A stretch of 64,000 bases of DNA from IMG/VR virus record IMGVR_UViG_3300002835_000050, positions 32,001-96,000 of that record; one strand, written 5' to 3'. Shown here one piece after another: positions 13,801 to 22,003 of this stretch. A program made the position numbers and the translations under genes. This stretch comes from a virus. Under the pieces are notes generated by a model, which was not told the DNA's origin, did not search any database, and was given only the letters and a program-made list of their open reading frames with translations. Numbering within the stretch: the first letter of the stretch is position 1; the number at the start of each line of letters is the position of its first letter.

Positions 13801-15631
13801 ATTTACTAAACCTAATGTTAAAGAAAGTGTACTTTCATTAAATGATGTTAGTTCATTAAAAGATGGAGATACTGCTGAAATCTATTATCAAAATCTAAAA
13901 GACTTGGCGGATGAGACTGTTAAGAAAGTTTCTGATCCTATAGAAAATAGAAAGATAAGCAAGATGTTTGAAATGTTGCCATTAATTGCAATATATCAAC
14001 ATGGTATTGGTTATAGTAAAAATGGATTTAATGAAGCATTACCTTATGATAATTTCATAGAAGTTATGCAAACAGCTTCTGAAATTTTTATGAATAAGCA
14101 ATTAAATGAAGCAACATTAAATACTATATTTGATAAACTACTTGCTCAGAACTTTAAAACTTTTAAAGATTATACATCATCTCCGGAGGCATACAATAAA
14201 CCTACTACACCAACACCAGTAGATATTATGTCTCAAGAAGAAGCAGCGGCTATGTTAGAAGGAAAAGGTCTTAAAGTTACTGAAGAAGTTTCTACTACTC
14301 AACCTTCTACTAGTGTTAAAGAAGGTGTGTCAGTATTATTTGAATCTAACCCAGAATTAGCTAATGTTGGAACACCTCAGCAATACTCACAATATCTTGA
14401 TGGTATATTTCCGGATAGTAAAGTTAAAGATATTGTTTATCACTGGTCTGCAGGTTCACAAATATCTGAACAATTTGGAGATGACTTAGGTAGGGTAAAA
14501 GGTATTTGGATAAGTAAAGATCCTAATCAATGGAAAGACATTATTAAAAATAAAAGTAAAAGGCTAGGTATAAATCAAATTAAAAAACATGTTTTAATAA
14601 TAAATGCAAATAATATTTGGGTTGACTCAACCCTATCTAGTCCTGAAGGAAGTAATTTTCCTAAAGGTTATGATACCATAGCAGCATATGAAGAAGCTGA
14701 TTTAGCTTATTCTGGAGATTTAAAACCAGAATTTAAAAATATAGAAGGTTTTGAAGCAGTTATAAAATTAAAAAATCAAACTTATGAATTAGGTACTAAA
14801 CAAGATATAGAAGGATTTAAAAACTTTGTAGCTAATTCTATTCAACCAAGTCAAATTAGTACACAAGGTATTGTTAATAGACCAGATGTAAACTTGAGAG
14901 AAAAATACTTTAAAAACTCAGAAGTTAAAAAATTGTCTGAAGTATTAGGAGCTATTAGTAAATCTAATCATCCTCTAAGTACATTAGCTAAACACTTAAA
15001 TCAGTTTTCTAATATAAATAATGCTGACATAGCTTTAGAAGATGTTGATAATTTTGAAGTAACTGATGGTTTTACTAGTAATGCATACTATGATATCTAT
15101 TCCAATAGAGTTAGAATAGCAGAGTTTGCTAATGTAAACAATGGTAGTGCAGAAACATTATTGTTACATGAAATCTTACATGCATTATCATATAAAGCTT
15201 TAAGAAAAGGTGGTAACTATAATAAAGATTTCCAAAAGTTATATGAACATAGTATTCAACAATTAGGAGCTTTTGATGTATCTGCAAAAACAGGACCTTA
15301 TGCTAATTATACAATTGATGAATTTTTTGTAGCTTTGTTTACAGATGCTAAGTTCATTAAACAACTTTCAGAACTAGCACCTATTGATGTTAAAAAGTAT
15401 AGCAACTTATTACAAGAGATTGTTGACCACATCTTAAATTTACTTAAAATAAATAAAGGAGATTCAGTTTATGATCAAGCTTTTGCAGTAGCTACTAACA
15501 TACTTCAAGAAGAAAGTGACTATGTAAACGCTATGAATATGGCAGCACAAGAGCAAGATAATATAAATTTTGAAATAAATGCTCCTGAAGGTTTGCCTGG
15601 AATACCAAGAACATCAACAGATTGTCAATAA
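4820..15631 (+). CDS. Virion-packaged DNA-dependent RNA polymerase (crAss-like DPBB type) with accessory zincin and ART-like domains
   Basis: 3603 aa; RIPVQG followed by catalytic GADFDVDK (DFDVD at 11783-11797); DGQGY motif; HEAWH (7283-7297) and HEILH (15167-15181) zincin motifs. Confidence 0.9.
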   Translation: MKITCALSQSQIEKLYANVYGYMLNKGNDFEPKQYMIDLFDKLAKKKDVETAAKFLQQVPSLIGTASFRPGLEQFEISTDILKPLINQFKRDENGLVNVVKYFNPVLDPEVKKELVEKKANDAFDIIEVDTNRIITQDFDFKPYSALSTTMQQFITQNPKDKTNASETLDPSRKVIYNTLDAIRSVVNDNTAFKEVVYQGKVLKLKPVRLNEINPVLLDKTTNALLNKAGAINAGKKGVESVTPINEIFLMVLSDSKGELLYFTEDGNITTQDKGGRLVYQFLRDARKDGNNIMITDMYGYQNSILDPATIANKAGVPVEVIEEQQNKEFKELYDYRQKLINNEKVDLLDIVSVSNGIAEYAPDKLNLSNISTILNDNDAAIRSIDTVNSPRSGFIEGQAVITIKGVEYAVDRPNISLDLINKIATVLTNKDITNKKKYRFVSTFLADKASPSTRKHNITYLPNSDVLLFEYSETTFDEGYSKMKSVNLDSPTAKNDIVKALQFASGKNGKYYTAKMTISNEALDKGYQDYNLNTNTLDDNYSNYIDLLKTLDNTNISVDLNPAGRTFNSYLRFALPNEFTEQLANAQKNTDEIVKDDLFETLSEPEDEKPVFGVKATREKLINALEKNETVSGTISFVTGSKWLLTTPEGQVVEFFNKENNITNEDVISTATLNLIPEITLDNKPFTNVIEVKVGNKFIGYVRETEDFSKPVKQKSIEEIEAEINQVIDGKGEATPEDDGAASVFFLRKGSLPADVTEKQIKDAKKWWTNSPLNKHIGFKEVANIVNSDAYARFTKYGAVLNGNLGIIELADKGSMVDVYHEAWHGFSQLYLSKAEKKALYKEVQKKMGSKADFFDIEENLAEAFREYVRTGKALKGAPKTNSIFKKILNFLRELFGKGSVTDVTDIKRVNELFNELYLGTELNKYTPSIANVMFNTLNRSLGIIKPGTADEQVLNRQDSNKLKDSMDSIISDIVDNEAKRSNKKSGTLSILLDSRNREPLYILIKQQLNNKLELSKTQLQDTPNNLENALKREILENRIRILQTGLDNYGDTKEGLIGYHVENSTYDLMKQKYTVLELDEEGNLFDPANIKNTERYGDKEEGQKSLIELAGKETLYILKSLHKGKINKDTNLIEFTYDDLGFKQLADFRSTWNTVVRTIGGVQDPQEMYDRLANEGETDSQLRQLVQTKLANPKLVTEDIAKNNQYEFKATTSIWQDFSKSKIPYIQLTIRKTETGEKEVYDYNGNPIPNKSYKTYDYSSAVTDASIEAYNIIRKFEDKFKSNLDNPYVERLGIDNIPTLNIQQVVKDFGVNGKLNTEKSFAFARALGFALDDLSIIKGVLNKKDNKTIEQFGLSYIFDVVKKLSDKENLENVSSATKKAILNFRTNPINTLMNDIPAGVIGNSKVNQKNKVLEIAKLQSRYGLDTSNNMVLNAERNRVSEFIENNSISKQVSALNNASKLSDLWTSDKYQHMAYLDPRINAYTKRLGIIRSLYDMSSAEQLKRSNKSLTLFMDSGTQIADEDGGLNTANLDIASKRLQEMNTMLKSGVQEFLRHASKSSAFGVKIDSGIIGSPDKSGFDNYLWVDSDMFVDGTAYDYAFLTHFLPYIEGEAERIYKFRKNKTEYSKYAGYNRKVEGGFMAGEIFTAFDDIIEDDTKKLIYKAIDAAIANNESFDLRTYIRTQNNPLATTLRNQVRSYFDNQSKVNYNNLQELKFIDPELIDKMKSLNTPEDQIEKKLVEVYTYNSWIQNFETAVLFYGDIAQYNHAKQELHKRNTGSTSGGRAFRTDVAARNFVNSFLSETSYAKKYNKPTINYNGTYNTAIVQDIKRTSEYLGEIEKGLTDEYTKRYATSKDPNKEAEIKRRVAIEIAKYVDMEEGDGQGYISFDAYRNLKYLENSWSNDQEILFQKIKNGEEVKASDIKEFFPVYKLQNYGPLANKEIGLPITAMHKFALFPLIPNVIAGSDLESLHLQMIDKNIQYVTFQTGSKVGSVTSAVNKDGDPVADEIYVGDQKKLKADITFTPNTIYLEYLKNVTNVPNAYKNKTVFSTQLRKLILKDMYKDKKIINDANESAVKRYEKAVDSYSQLLKMELLQEVDYEYDIETGTYKGNISKFLEVVERELGRRNIPEHLIEFIGLNRDTTIKTDLSLHLVADQIEAIITGLIEKRLIKQKVKGEALVQVASSMSNGLWDTKLKKGTKEEIMKYLGTNNLPFYNKDANTGKTNAMKVAIALQGDFSNLLKLNALDGQPIATRARLNDMIKEDAWLDIADNRKSVTLAAVRIPVQGLNSMEFMEVYEFLDPSAGNIIIPPTEIVAKSGADFDVDKLTTFMPAIDSYGNFVKTGLSNDELSMKLDGVENENVGKGLIKNQKAALENELIMAISGILELSDNYASLVRPNDTYLMKDDIADELEKYVTSYDRFSNFNRKTPGFSPTKTLEVGYNLHNHEVNMIGKRVLGMLAIENSLHPVMNSIGLSLPKTYKNLEFDQDLNRNKEGTTDFEMRLFLPHNKTEDGRISLSGVDTVDGLDNIGEMFSQMMNGAVDVEKNPWIFFIQGNYEMIPMITFLLKAGVPRKQAIYFVSNPIVREYAKEQRKLKSAYAKITGTVEENFGKSFVKYTAATNALTKFGVSQAGKKITNKTYFKSVNDAVAKQGVLNDEGLFDETSMRMLIENPEAPEYKDQAIAMFLHFLELEKSTRGYNALKFVANPDTKTSKTLQEIIRRNVAFDEAAALSTLEKGSVNELLNSVLGSFYNNKIIGDLVAPVFKLRNNDVVTDYILDRLKNNSSSITKAFGTDQDGTRKFITSFKNAIPNYIFQNYMSNFIDESGEITSMPKYYKGIEVINKAGAKEGAEIIDNKLYIDKARLEKEYAEELYAASNTNPGNYNSEGLRGFGNTINLFNTESAYFKYVFERAIQKDLYSPESVKEDKDYLRFNEFLKDDKQAYLAYINQRALVYAFNRKIITGMDNDSYTNMLLNMINDYPILASKYNIISQFTKPNVKESVLSLNDVSSLKDGDTAEIYYQNLKDLADETVKKVSDPIENRKISKMFEMLPLIAIYQHGIGYSKNGFNEALPYDNFIEVMQTASEIFMNKQLNEATLNTIFDKLLAQNFKTFKDYTSSPEAYNKPTTPTPVDIMSQEEAAAMLEGKGLKVTEEVSTTQPSTSVKEGVSVLFESNPELANVGTPQQYSQYLDGIFPDSKVKDIVYHWSAGSQISEQFGDDLGRVKGIWISKDPNQWKDIIKNKSKRLGINQIKKHVLIINANNIWVDSTLSSPEGSNFPKGYDTIAAYEEADLAYSGDLKPEFKNIEGFEAVIKLKNQTYELGTKQDIEGFKNFVANSIQPSQISTQGIVNRPDVNLREKYFKNSEVKKLSEVLGAISKSNHPLSTLAKHLNQFSNINNADIALEDVDNFEVTDGFTSNAYYDIYSNRVRIAEFANVNNGSAETLLLHEILHALSYKALRKGGNYNKDFQKLYEHSIQQLGAFDVSAKTGPYANYTIDEFFVALFTDAKFIKQLSELAPIDVKKYSNLLQEIVDHILNLLKINKGDSVYDQAFAVATNILQEESDYVNAMNMAAQEQDNINFEINAPEGLPGIPRTSTDCQ

Positions 15632-15667
15632 AAATTAGTATATTTAAGTATAATTATAATTAGTATT

Positions 15668-18600
15668 ATGCCTTGTGTAAATAAAATAACTCAGTTCATT
15701 AACGAACTTATATTTAATGAAGCTAGCCCAGCAATGAATATGTCATTAGCTAATGCTAAAACTCTCATTAAAAATGTTAATAGGAAGTATGGATATGAAG
15801 CAGCTAGACTTATCATTGGTGATACTCTAGATGTTACAACATATGCTAGTAAAGATTTGATTGATAAGTTTTATGCTAATGAGCTTGCTTTAGAAATGGC
15901 TGAAGCAAGTAAGACTGAAAATGAAGCTAGATCTGCTGAAATAAATAATATTGATTCAGAAGAAGACTTTATTAAAAGACAGTTTGAACAAGCTAGAGAT
16001 TATGAAATTGCTTCAAAACTAGGAGATAAATATCAAAAAGCATTTGGTATTGACTATAGTATAGTTACACCTGCAGAAGCAGCTTTAATACTAGAGCTTA
16101 CACCTACACCATATGATCCATCTGTATCTGCATTCTTTTATGCTAATAGAGTTTATTTTATTGAAGGTAATTTTAAGTCTAATACAGTAGTTCATGAGTT
16201 TGCTCACCCATTAATTAAAGCAATTGCTTTTCAAAATCCTAAGTTATTTGATAGTTTATATGCTAGATTAACAGGTACTGTGACAGGAAGAGAAGCATTG
16301 AATAGAGTTAATGAAAGGTATCCTGAATTAGAAGAAGGTTCTGATAGATACAGAGAAGAAGCTTTAGTGACTGCAATTGAACTAGATGCTGAAATAAAAT
16401 TATCAGGTATCAAAACTTCAGATACTGCTTTTGATAAGTTTATGGAAAATCTTTTGTTTGCAATTAAAAAAGTTATTCAAGCTCTTACAAAGAAAGTAAC
16501 CTTAAAAAATTTAAGTAGTCAGACAACAAGAGATCAGTTGGTAGACATGATGCTTAATGAAGACTTTGTTATTCAAGATATAAATTATCAAACAAATATG
16601 TTTGCTGAGTTTAGTAAAGATACAGATCAGTTCTTAAAAGAACTTAAAGCTGTTGAACCTAAACAAATCATTAATATCATTAACAAGTTTCATACTGAAA
16701 TGTCTTTCCAGTTAAATGAGTTAAGAAATTCTCCTAAGAAATTTAAAGAAAGCTTAGGTAAAGATGCTGCAGCAAATATTAGATTGATCAGAGATTATGT
16801 TAAAGGATATAAAACTGTAGATGAAGATATAACAGATGATGAATTAAAAGATTTGCTTGATTCATTAGTAGTAGATGAGGCAGATTTAAATGTAAGATCT
16901 TTAGCATTCATTAATAGTTTATCTGAGTTAATGTTGTTTGCAAGAAAAATTGAAAAAATATTTAATGATATCAAAGCATCCAAAGAATACTTAACAGAAG
17001 AAGGTAATCAAAAAATCCAATACTTTAAACAGTATATGGAAAGAGAGTCTAAGTTCTTAAAAGATGTATTGAATGAGTTAGATATGGACTCTTCTAATAA
17101 ATTAAGTAAAGAGATTCTATCTATTAAAGAACTTATGGATAGAAATATAGATAAAGCAAAAGTATTATCTTTTAATTATGTTAAAGACTTTATTCTTGCT
17201 AATGGTATTTCTATGCAAGAAAATGTAAAGAAAGATTTATCTGATAAAATTGATCTTATACTTAAAGCAGATGGGTTTACTGAAGATGAGATAAATGTAT
17301 TTAAGGATGATCTATTTCAAAAATTAGATGTAGATAACATTAGAGCTATTTCTGAATCTGATTTTAATTTACCAAGAAAACCAACCAAGTTTGCTAAAAA
17401 TATAATCAATGAGATTAAACAATACAATAACAATAAAATTACAGAGCAAACAGTAGATGAATATCTAAGAGGGCATGTAAGAGATCTTAGTTTAGCAGGT
17501 GCTACATTTACACCAACAGGAAATATTAATGACTTGTTTGGTACATTTGTTAAAGCAATGAAAAATAAAATTTCAGATGCTGAGGTTCTTAGTCAACAAG
17601 AACAAATGAAGTTTGTAGAGAACTTAAAACCTTTATTAACTGCTGTTAACTGGAATCCTAATAATACAAATCAACTTGCAGACATGTTATTGTTTGAAGA
17701 TGAGAAAGGTATTATTGATGAACAAGGTAATGTTACTTCATATCAAGCTTATAGTTATATTGATAAATTTAAGAATTGGGAATTTGCTCAAGCTCAATTA
17801 ATGGGTAATCTCAAAAAAGCTAAACTGAAAGGTGATAAAGCAGAAATTAAAGCTGCTATGCAAGCAATGAGAGATTTTGAAAGAGATTATAAAATAAGAA
17901 GATTTACTGATGAAGTATATGAAGTACAGGATATATGGTTACAATCTAATACAGTATATGATCCTACAACTAAGAAAAATATTACCATTTCTGCAGATAT
18001 ATCTTTAGAAGCATTTAATGAAAGAAAAGCTGCACTAGATGATCTTGCTACTTATAGTAATTCTTCTGAGTTTACTTCATTAGATGACTTACTTGAGTTT
18101 ACACCTTCAGCAGAGGCAAAAGTAAAGTATAATAACTTATATAATTTGTATGATGCAGATGGTAATTATAAACAAGGAGTTGAATTACAAAAAGTATTAG
18201 TTAGAAGATTTTATAGACAAGAGTCAAGAAAGTTTTATGAATCTAATCCTGATACAAAGAAGTTTCAAAATGATTTTGATCACTTTGTAAACAGTGAGTT
18301 AGCAAGTTTAGGTATTACTAAAGATGATAATCCTGAAAGATATGAAGCTGAGATTAAAAAATTCTTAGCTAAGAATACAAGAGTGGCTTATACTGATGAG
18401 TACTATCAAGAAAAAACTGAGACTTTAGCAGAAATTAATGCTATTAATGAAAAAGCTAAAGGTGCAGAAATATCTAAAAAACTAGCTAGCTTATATGAGC
18501 AAAGATACAGTATTACAAATAGAGTAACTGACAAAGACGGTGAACCTAATGGTGCTGAACTTGGTAATGAATCTCTTAATAGATTAAAAGATATTGAAGA

Positions 18601-21478
18601 AGAGATTATAAAATACAATGCTGAGTTTGATAGAGCTACAGGTTTATCTAAAGATGAAGCTAAAAAATTAAGATATTATGAAGATGAGATAATTGCTTTA
18701 GGAAAAGCTTCAGAAATGACTGATGCTCAAAAAGCTGAATATCAATCATTTATAAGTAATAAAACTGCATTTGGTTTATCTGAACAACAAATTGTTTATT
18801 TAAGAAGTAGATTTAAAAAATTAGCTGAATTAACATATACAGAACCTACTGATTACTATATTACTACATTTAATGCAATGTTAGGTGACACTGATATAGA
18901 ACTTATAACTAAAGAAACTGCAGATAGTTGGGTAAATTCAGAAAACCTTAGAGTTGCAAAAGAAGCAAATCCAAAGTTTGCAGAATGGTTTGATAGAAAT
19001 CATGTTGAGAAAGAAGTATTTAATGAAGGTAAAGCTGTTTATGAAACAGCTAACATTAGAACTAAAGCATGGACAGTATCTAAACCAACTAATCCAAGTC
19101 ATTATAAAAAAACAACATTAACTGATCCTAGTACAGGTTTAGAAATAGCAGTTGATGGTATTCCTATTGGGAAATATTCATATTCAACAATTAAAAATGA
19201 ATATAAGACAGGATATGATCCAAAAACTGGTAAAGTTAAATTAGAAGTAGGTAAGCATATTGATAACCGTGGTAACTTTTTACCAAAGGAACAACCATTA
19301 GGAGGCCCATTCAGTAAATATATGAATGAGAAGTACTATGAGATGAAGAAAGCTAACTCTGCTGAATTTAAATTATTAGAAGCTATTAAAAAACAAAGAT
19401 TAATTAACCAAGAAAAGTCTCCATATGCATCAAGATTATATCTTGATTATGCAAGATTTAGAATTAATACTAACCTTGAATATGGTCAATCTGGTAAATT
19501 AGCAAGTGATGCAAAAGATAAAGTTGGTGCAGTAAGTGATGCTTTAAAAGCTTCTGTTACTAGAGCAGCTGATGATGTTGAAATTGGACAAGCTAATTTT
19601 GATCCTAAGTTTTTATATGTACCAACAGATTTACAAGGTAAGGCTTTACCAAAAGTTCCAGTAGCTGGTTTATATAAAATGAATCTTAATTCTGTTTCTA
19701 AAGATGTAATTACTTCAGAGTTAAATTATATGAACTCTTTAGATCTTCAAAAAGTATTGCTTGATACACAATCAACAGCTAATGCAGTAGTTGATGTATT
19801 AGGAGATCCTGATAATGCATTAGATAGATTAGATAGAGTAAGTAGTAAATTATCTAGAGCTCAAGACAAAGCTGCAGTATTCTTAAAAAGAGATACTAAT
19901 AATAAGTTACAATTTGCTAAAGATTTTATTGCCCGTACATGGTATGGTGAAAATGTTAGTGAGTACCAACAAGAAAACCCTATTATTTCTAAGTTAGTTA
20001 GAAAATCTATGGGTGCTGCTAGTTTTGCTTTCTATAATTTAAATCCAACATCTACTATTAAGAATAAGGGTGGGATGACCTTTCAAAAATTAATTTTTAC
20101 TGCTGGAGGCAAACACATTAGTTTTGCGTCAATGGCAAGAGGACAAATTAAAGCTACTAAAGCTGTATTTGAATATGCTACATCTGGTAATTATACAACA
20201 GGTATTAAAAGTTTAGATATGCAGTTAATGGATGCATTTGATATGTCTCCAGGTAAAACTAAAAAGGATGCTAAAAAATCTCATACTAATACAGCAATTA
20301 AACAATTACTTGATGGAGCATGGATGTATTCAGATAGAAAATTAACTGAGGTACAAGGAGCTCTAGAAATAGGATTCAGTTTAATGGATTGGCAAATGGT
20401 AGACCAAGTTCAACCAGACGGTACTGTTAAACAAATAAGATATGTTGATGCATTTGAAACAGGTGATGATGGTATTGCTAAATTAAAAGATGGTATCAAT
20501 CCTGAGTGGGGAATGAACTATATTGATCATGTTGTAGAAACTGGTGAGACTCTAGAGTCTATTGCTAAAAAATACAATATGACTGTAGAAGAGTTAAAAT
20601 TAAAAAATAAAATTACTAAAGCAGATACTGTTGAAGAAGGTAAATCTTTAATCATTTCTAGAAACACTAAGTTTAATATGATGAAACTTAGAATGGCTAG
20701 TGCTAACAAAAAACTTAATGGTAGTATGTCAGCAATAGATTCTCCAACAGCAGAAAAAAATCTATGGTATGATGTTGTATCATTCTCTAGAAAGTTTGCT
20801 ACAGGTATGTTCTTATCAAGATTTCAAATGGATACATCTAAAGGAAACTTTGGAGGTAAAGTATGGGATTGGGATTTAGATGAAGCTACTAGAGGTTCTT
20901 ATATTACTTTCTTACAAAATGGTTATCAGTTAACAAAAAGTGTTGGTAAGTATTGGTCAGTAATGACTAAAGATGAAAAAGCTGCTTTTTATAAAATCAT
21001 GATGGAAGGAATGCTATTGACTTTATCTACTATAGCAATTACAATGTTATTTGGTTTTGAAGGAGATGATGAAGACAGGTTTAAAAAGTTAAAAGAAAGA
21101 GAAGAGAAATATGGTAATGTAGGTTGGTTAGCTAATCATATGCTTTATCAAATCATCATGGTACAAAAAGAAAATAGTACAATGATACCTCTTCCTGGAT
21201 TAGGAGCTGCAGACTGGTTAGATTTTAGTAGTACTAGTAGTATTGTTATGGGTCCAACATTAGAGTTGTATCAAAAAATATTTATGGATTTAGCTTATAT
21301 AGTAACAGGTAATGATAAAGCTATTTATAAACAAGAAGTAGGACCTTACTCATGGCAAGAAGAAGGTAATTACAAATTGTGGAATCATTTAGCAAGTATA
21401 TTTGGAGTATCTGGTAAAAACTACAGTCCAATATGGGCAATTAAGAAAAATGAAGTTTTCACAAATCTTAGAAGTTAA
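15668..21478 (+). CDS. Giant virion/ejection protein with N-terminal zincin motif and a LysM domain
   Basis: HEFAH at 16193-16207; LysM-like HVVETGETLESIAKKYNMTVEELKLKNKI...GKSLII at about 20525-20657; hydrophobic segment near the C-terminus. Confidence 0.8.
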   Translation: MPCVNKITQFINELIFNEASPAMNMSLANAKTLIKNVNRKYGYEAARLIIGDTLDVTTYASKDLIDKFYANELALEMAEASKTENEARSAEINNIDSEEDFIKRQFEQARDYEIASKLGDKYQKAFGIDYSIVTPAEAALILELTPTPYDPSVSAFFYANRVYFIEGNFKSNTVVHEFAHPLIKAIAFQNPKLFDSLYARLTGTVTGREALNRVNERYPELEEGSDRYREEALVTAIELDAEIKLSGIKTSDTAFDKFMENLLFAIKKVIQALTKKVTLKNLSSQTTRDQLVDMMLNEDFVIQDINYQTNMFAEFSKDTDQFLKELKAVEPKQIINIINKFHTEMSFQLNELRNSPKKFKESLGKDAAANIRLIRDYVKGYKTVDEDITDDELKDLLDSLVVDEADLNVRSLAFINSLSELMLFARKIEKIFNDIKASKEYLTEEGNQKIQYFKQYMERESKFLKDVLNELDMDSSNKLSKEILSIKELMDRNIDKAKVLSFNYVKDFILANGISMQENVKKDLSDKIDLILKADGFTEDEINVFKDDLFQKLDVDNIRAISESDFNLPRKPTKFAKNIINEIKQYNNNKITEQTVDEYLRGHVRDLSLAGATFTPTGNINDLFGTFVKAMKNKISDAEVLSQQEQMKFVENLKPLLTAVNWNPNNTNQLADMLLFEDEKGIIDEQGNVTSYQAYSYIDKFKNWEFAQAQLMGNLKKAKLKGDKAEIKAAMQAMRDFERDYKIRRFTDEVYEVQDIWLQSNTVYDPTTKKNITISADISLEAFNERKAALDDLATYSNSSEFTSLDDLLEFTPSAEAKVKYNNLYNLYDADGNYKQGVELQKVLVRRFYRQESRKFYESNPDTKKFQNDFDHFVNSELASLGITKDDNPERYEAEIKKFLAKNTRVAYTDEYYQEKTETLAEINAINEKAKGAEISKKLASLYEQRYSITNRVTDKDGEPNGAELGNESLNRLKDIEEEIIKYNAEFDRATGLSKDEAKKLRYYEDEIIALGKASEMTDAQKAEYQSFISNKTAFGLSEQQIVYLRSRFKKLAELTYTEPTDYYITTFNAMLGDTDIELITKETADSWVNSENLRVAKEANPKFAEWFDRNHVEKEVFNEGKAVYETANIRTKAWTVSKPTNPSHYKKTTLTDPSTGLEIAVDGIPIGKYSYSTIKNEYKTGYDPKTGKVKLEVGKHIDNRGNFLPKEQPLGGPFSKYMNEKYYEMKKANSAEFKLLEAIKKQRLINQEKSPYASRLYLDYARFRINTNLEYGQSGKLASDAKDKVGAVSDALKASVTRAADDVEIGQANFDPKFLYVPTDLQGKALPKVPVAGLYKMNLNSVSKDVITSELNYMNSLDLQKVLLDTQSTANAVVDVLGDPDNALDRLDRVSSKLSRAQDKAAVFLKRDTNNKLQFAKDFIARTWYGENVSEYQQENPIISKLVRKSMGAASFAFYNLNPTSTIKNKGGMTFQKLIFTAGGKHISFASMARGQIKATKAVFEYATSGNYTTGIKSLDMQLMDAFDMSPGKTKKDAKKSHTNTAIKQLLDGAWMYSDRKLTEVQGALEIGFSLMDWQMVDQVQPDGTVKQIRYVDAFETGDDGIAKLKDGINPEWGMNYIDHVVETGETLESIAKKYNMTVEELKLKNKITKADTVEEGKSLIISRNTKFNMMKLRMASANKKLNGSMSAIDSPTAEKNLWYDVVSFSRKFATGMFLSRFQMDTSKGNFGGKVWDWDLDEATRGSYITFLQNGYQLTKSVGKYWSVMTKDEKAAFYKIMMEGMLLTLSTIAITMLFGFEGDDEDRFKKLKEREEKYGNVGWLANHMLYQIIMVQKENSTMIPLPGLGAADWLDFSSTSSIVMGPTLELYQKIFMDLAYIVTGNDKAIYKQEVGPYSWQEEGNYKLWNHLASIFGVSGKNYSPIWAIKKNEVFTNLRS

Positions 21479-21495
21479 ACAATAAATAGTAAACA

Positions 21496-21633
21496 ATGGC
21501 AAAGGCAACAACAACAATCAAAATTTACACTAAGCCTAAAGTATCTAGGCCGGGTGTACATGCTAAAACTAAATCTTCTAAAATGAAGAGCTCTAAGAAT
21601 TATCAAAAGAAATATAATTCACAAGGGAGGTAA
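21496..21633 (+). CDS. Small, very basic protein (45 aa), absent from the ORF track
   Basis: MAKATTTIKIYTKPKVSRPGVHAKTKSSKMKSSKNYQKKYNSQGR; A-rich leader; hairpin follows. Confidence 0.75.
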   Translation: MAKATTTIKIYTKPKVSRPGVHAKTKSSKMKSSKNYQKKYNSQGR

Positions 21634-21665
21634 GAAAAAAAAAGGGGAACCATTACAGTTCCCCT
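21634..21665. terminator. Intrinsic terminator between convergent modules
   Basis: AGGGGAAC-CATTACA-GTTCCCCT preceded by an A-run (U-tract on the - strand). Confidence 0.7.
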
Positions 21666-22000
21666 AATTCTATGTCAAGTAATTGACAAAATAATTTTTT
21701 TGTTTCAGCTTCTACAGCTTCTTTTGGCCACTTTTCAATACTGTCATTGTAGTGACTAGTATCAAAACCAATCACCCACCAATCTTTTGGTGCATTAACA
21801 CCATCTCCAAAATCAAAATATGTAATTCCTCCGTGTACATCTATATCATATAACATATTATGATAATCCATTTTACATGCAGGATGTGTTGGTGGTACAG
21901 CTACATAACCATTACCCCAACCTCTACTAACAAATACATTTCCTCTTACTAAATTTGGATAAATATTTTTGTTTTCTTTTTCAATTATATACCAAATCAT
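21653..22000 (-). CDS. Conserved phage hypothetical protein
   Basis: GYVAVP...VHGGITY...WWVIGFD pattern recalled from phage proteins. Confidence 0.65.
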   Translation of the reverse strand: MIWYIIEKENKNIYPNLVRGNVFVSRGWGNGYVAVPPTHPACKMDYHNMLYDIDVHGGITYFDFGDGVNAPKDWWVIGFDTSHYNDSIEKWPKEAVEAETKKLFCQLLDIELGEL

Positions 22001-22003
22001 AGT

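Noticed and set aside
2418-20709. Many short - strand ORFs inside the giant genes
   Set aside because: Antisense shadows of long + strand CDSs; S/L/F-rich with no motifs
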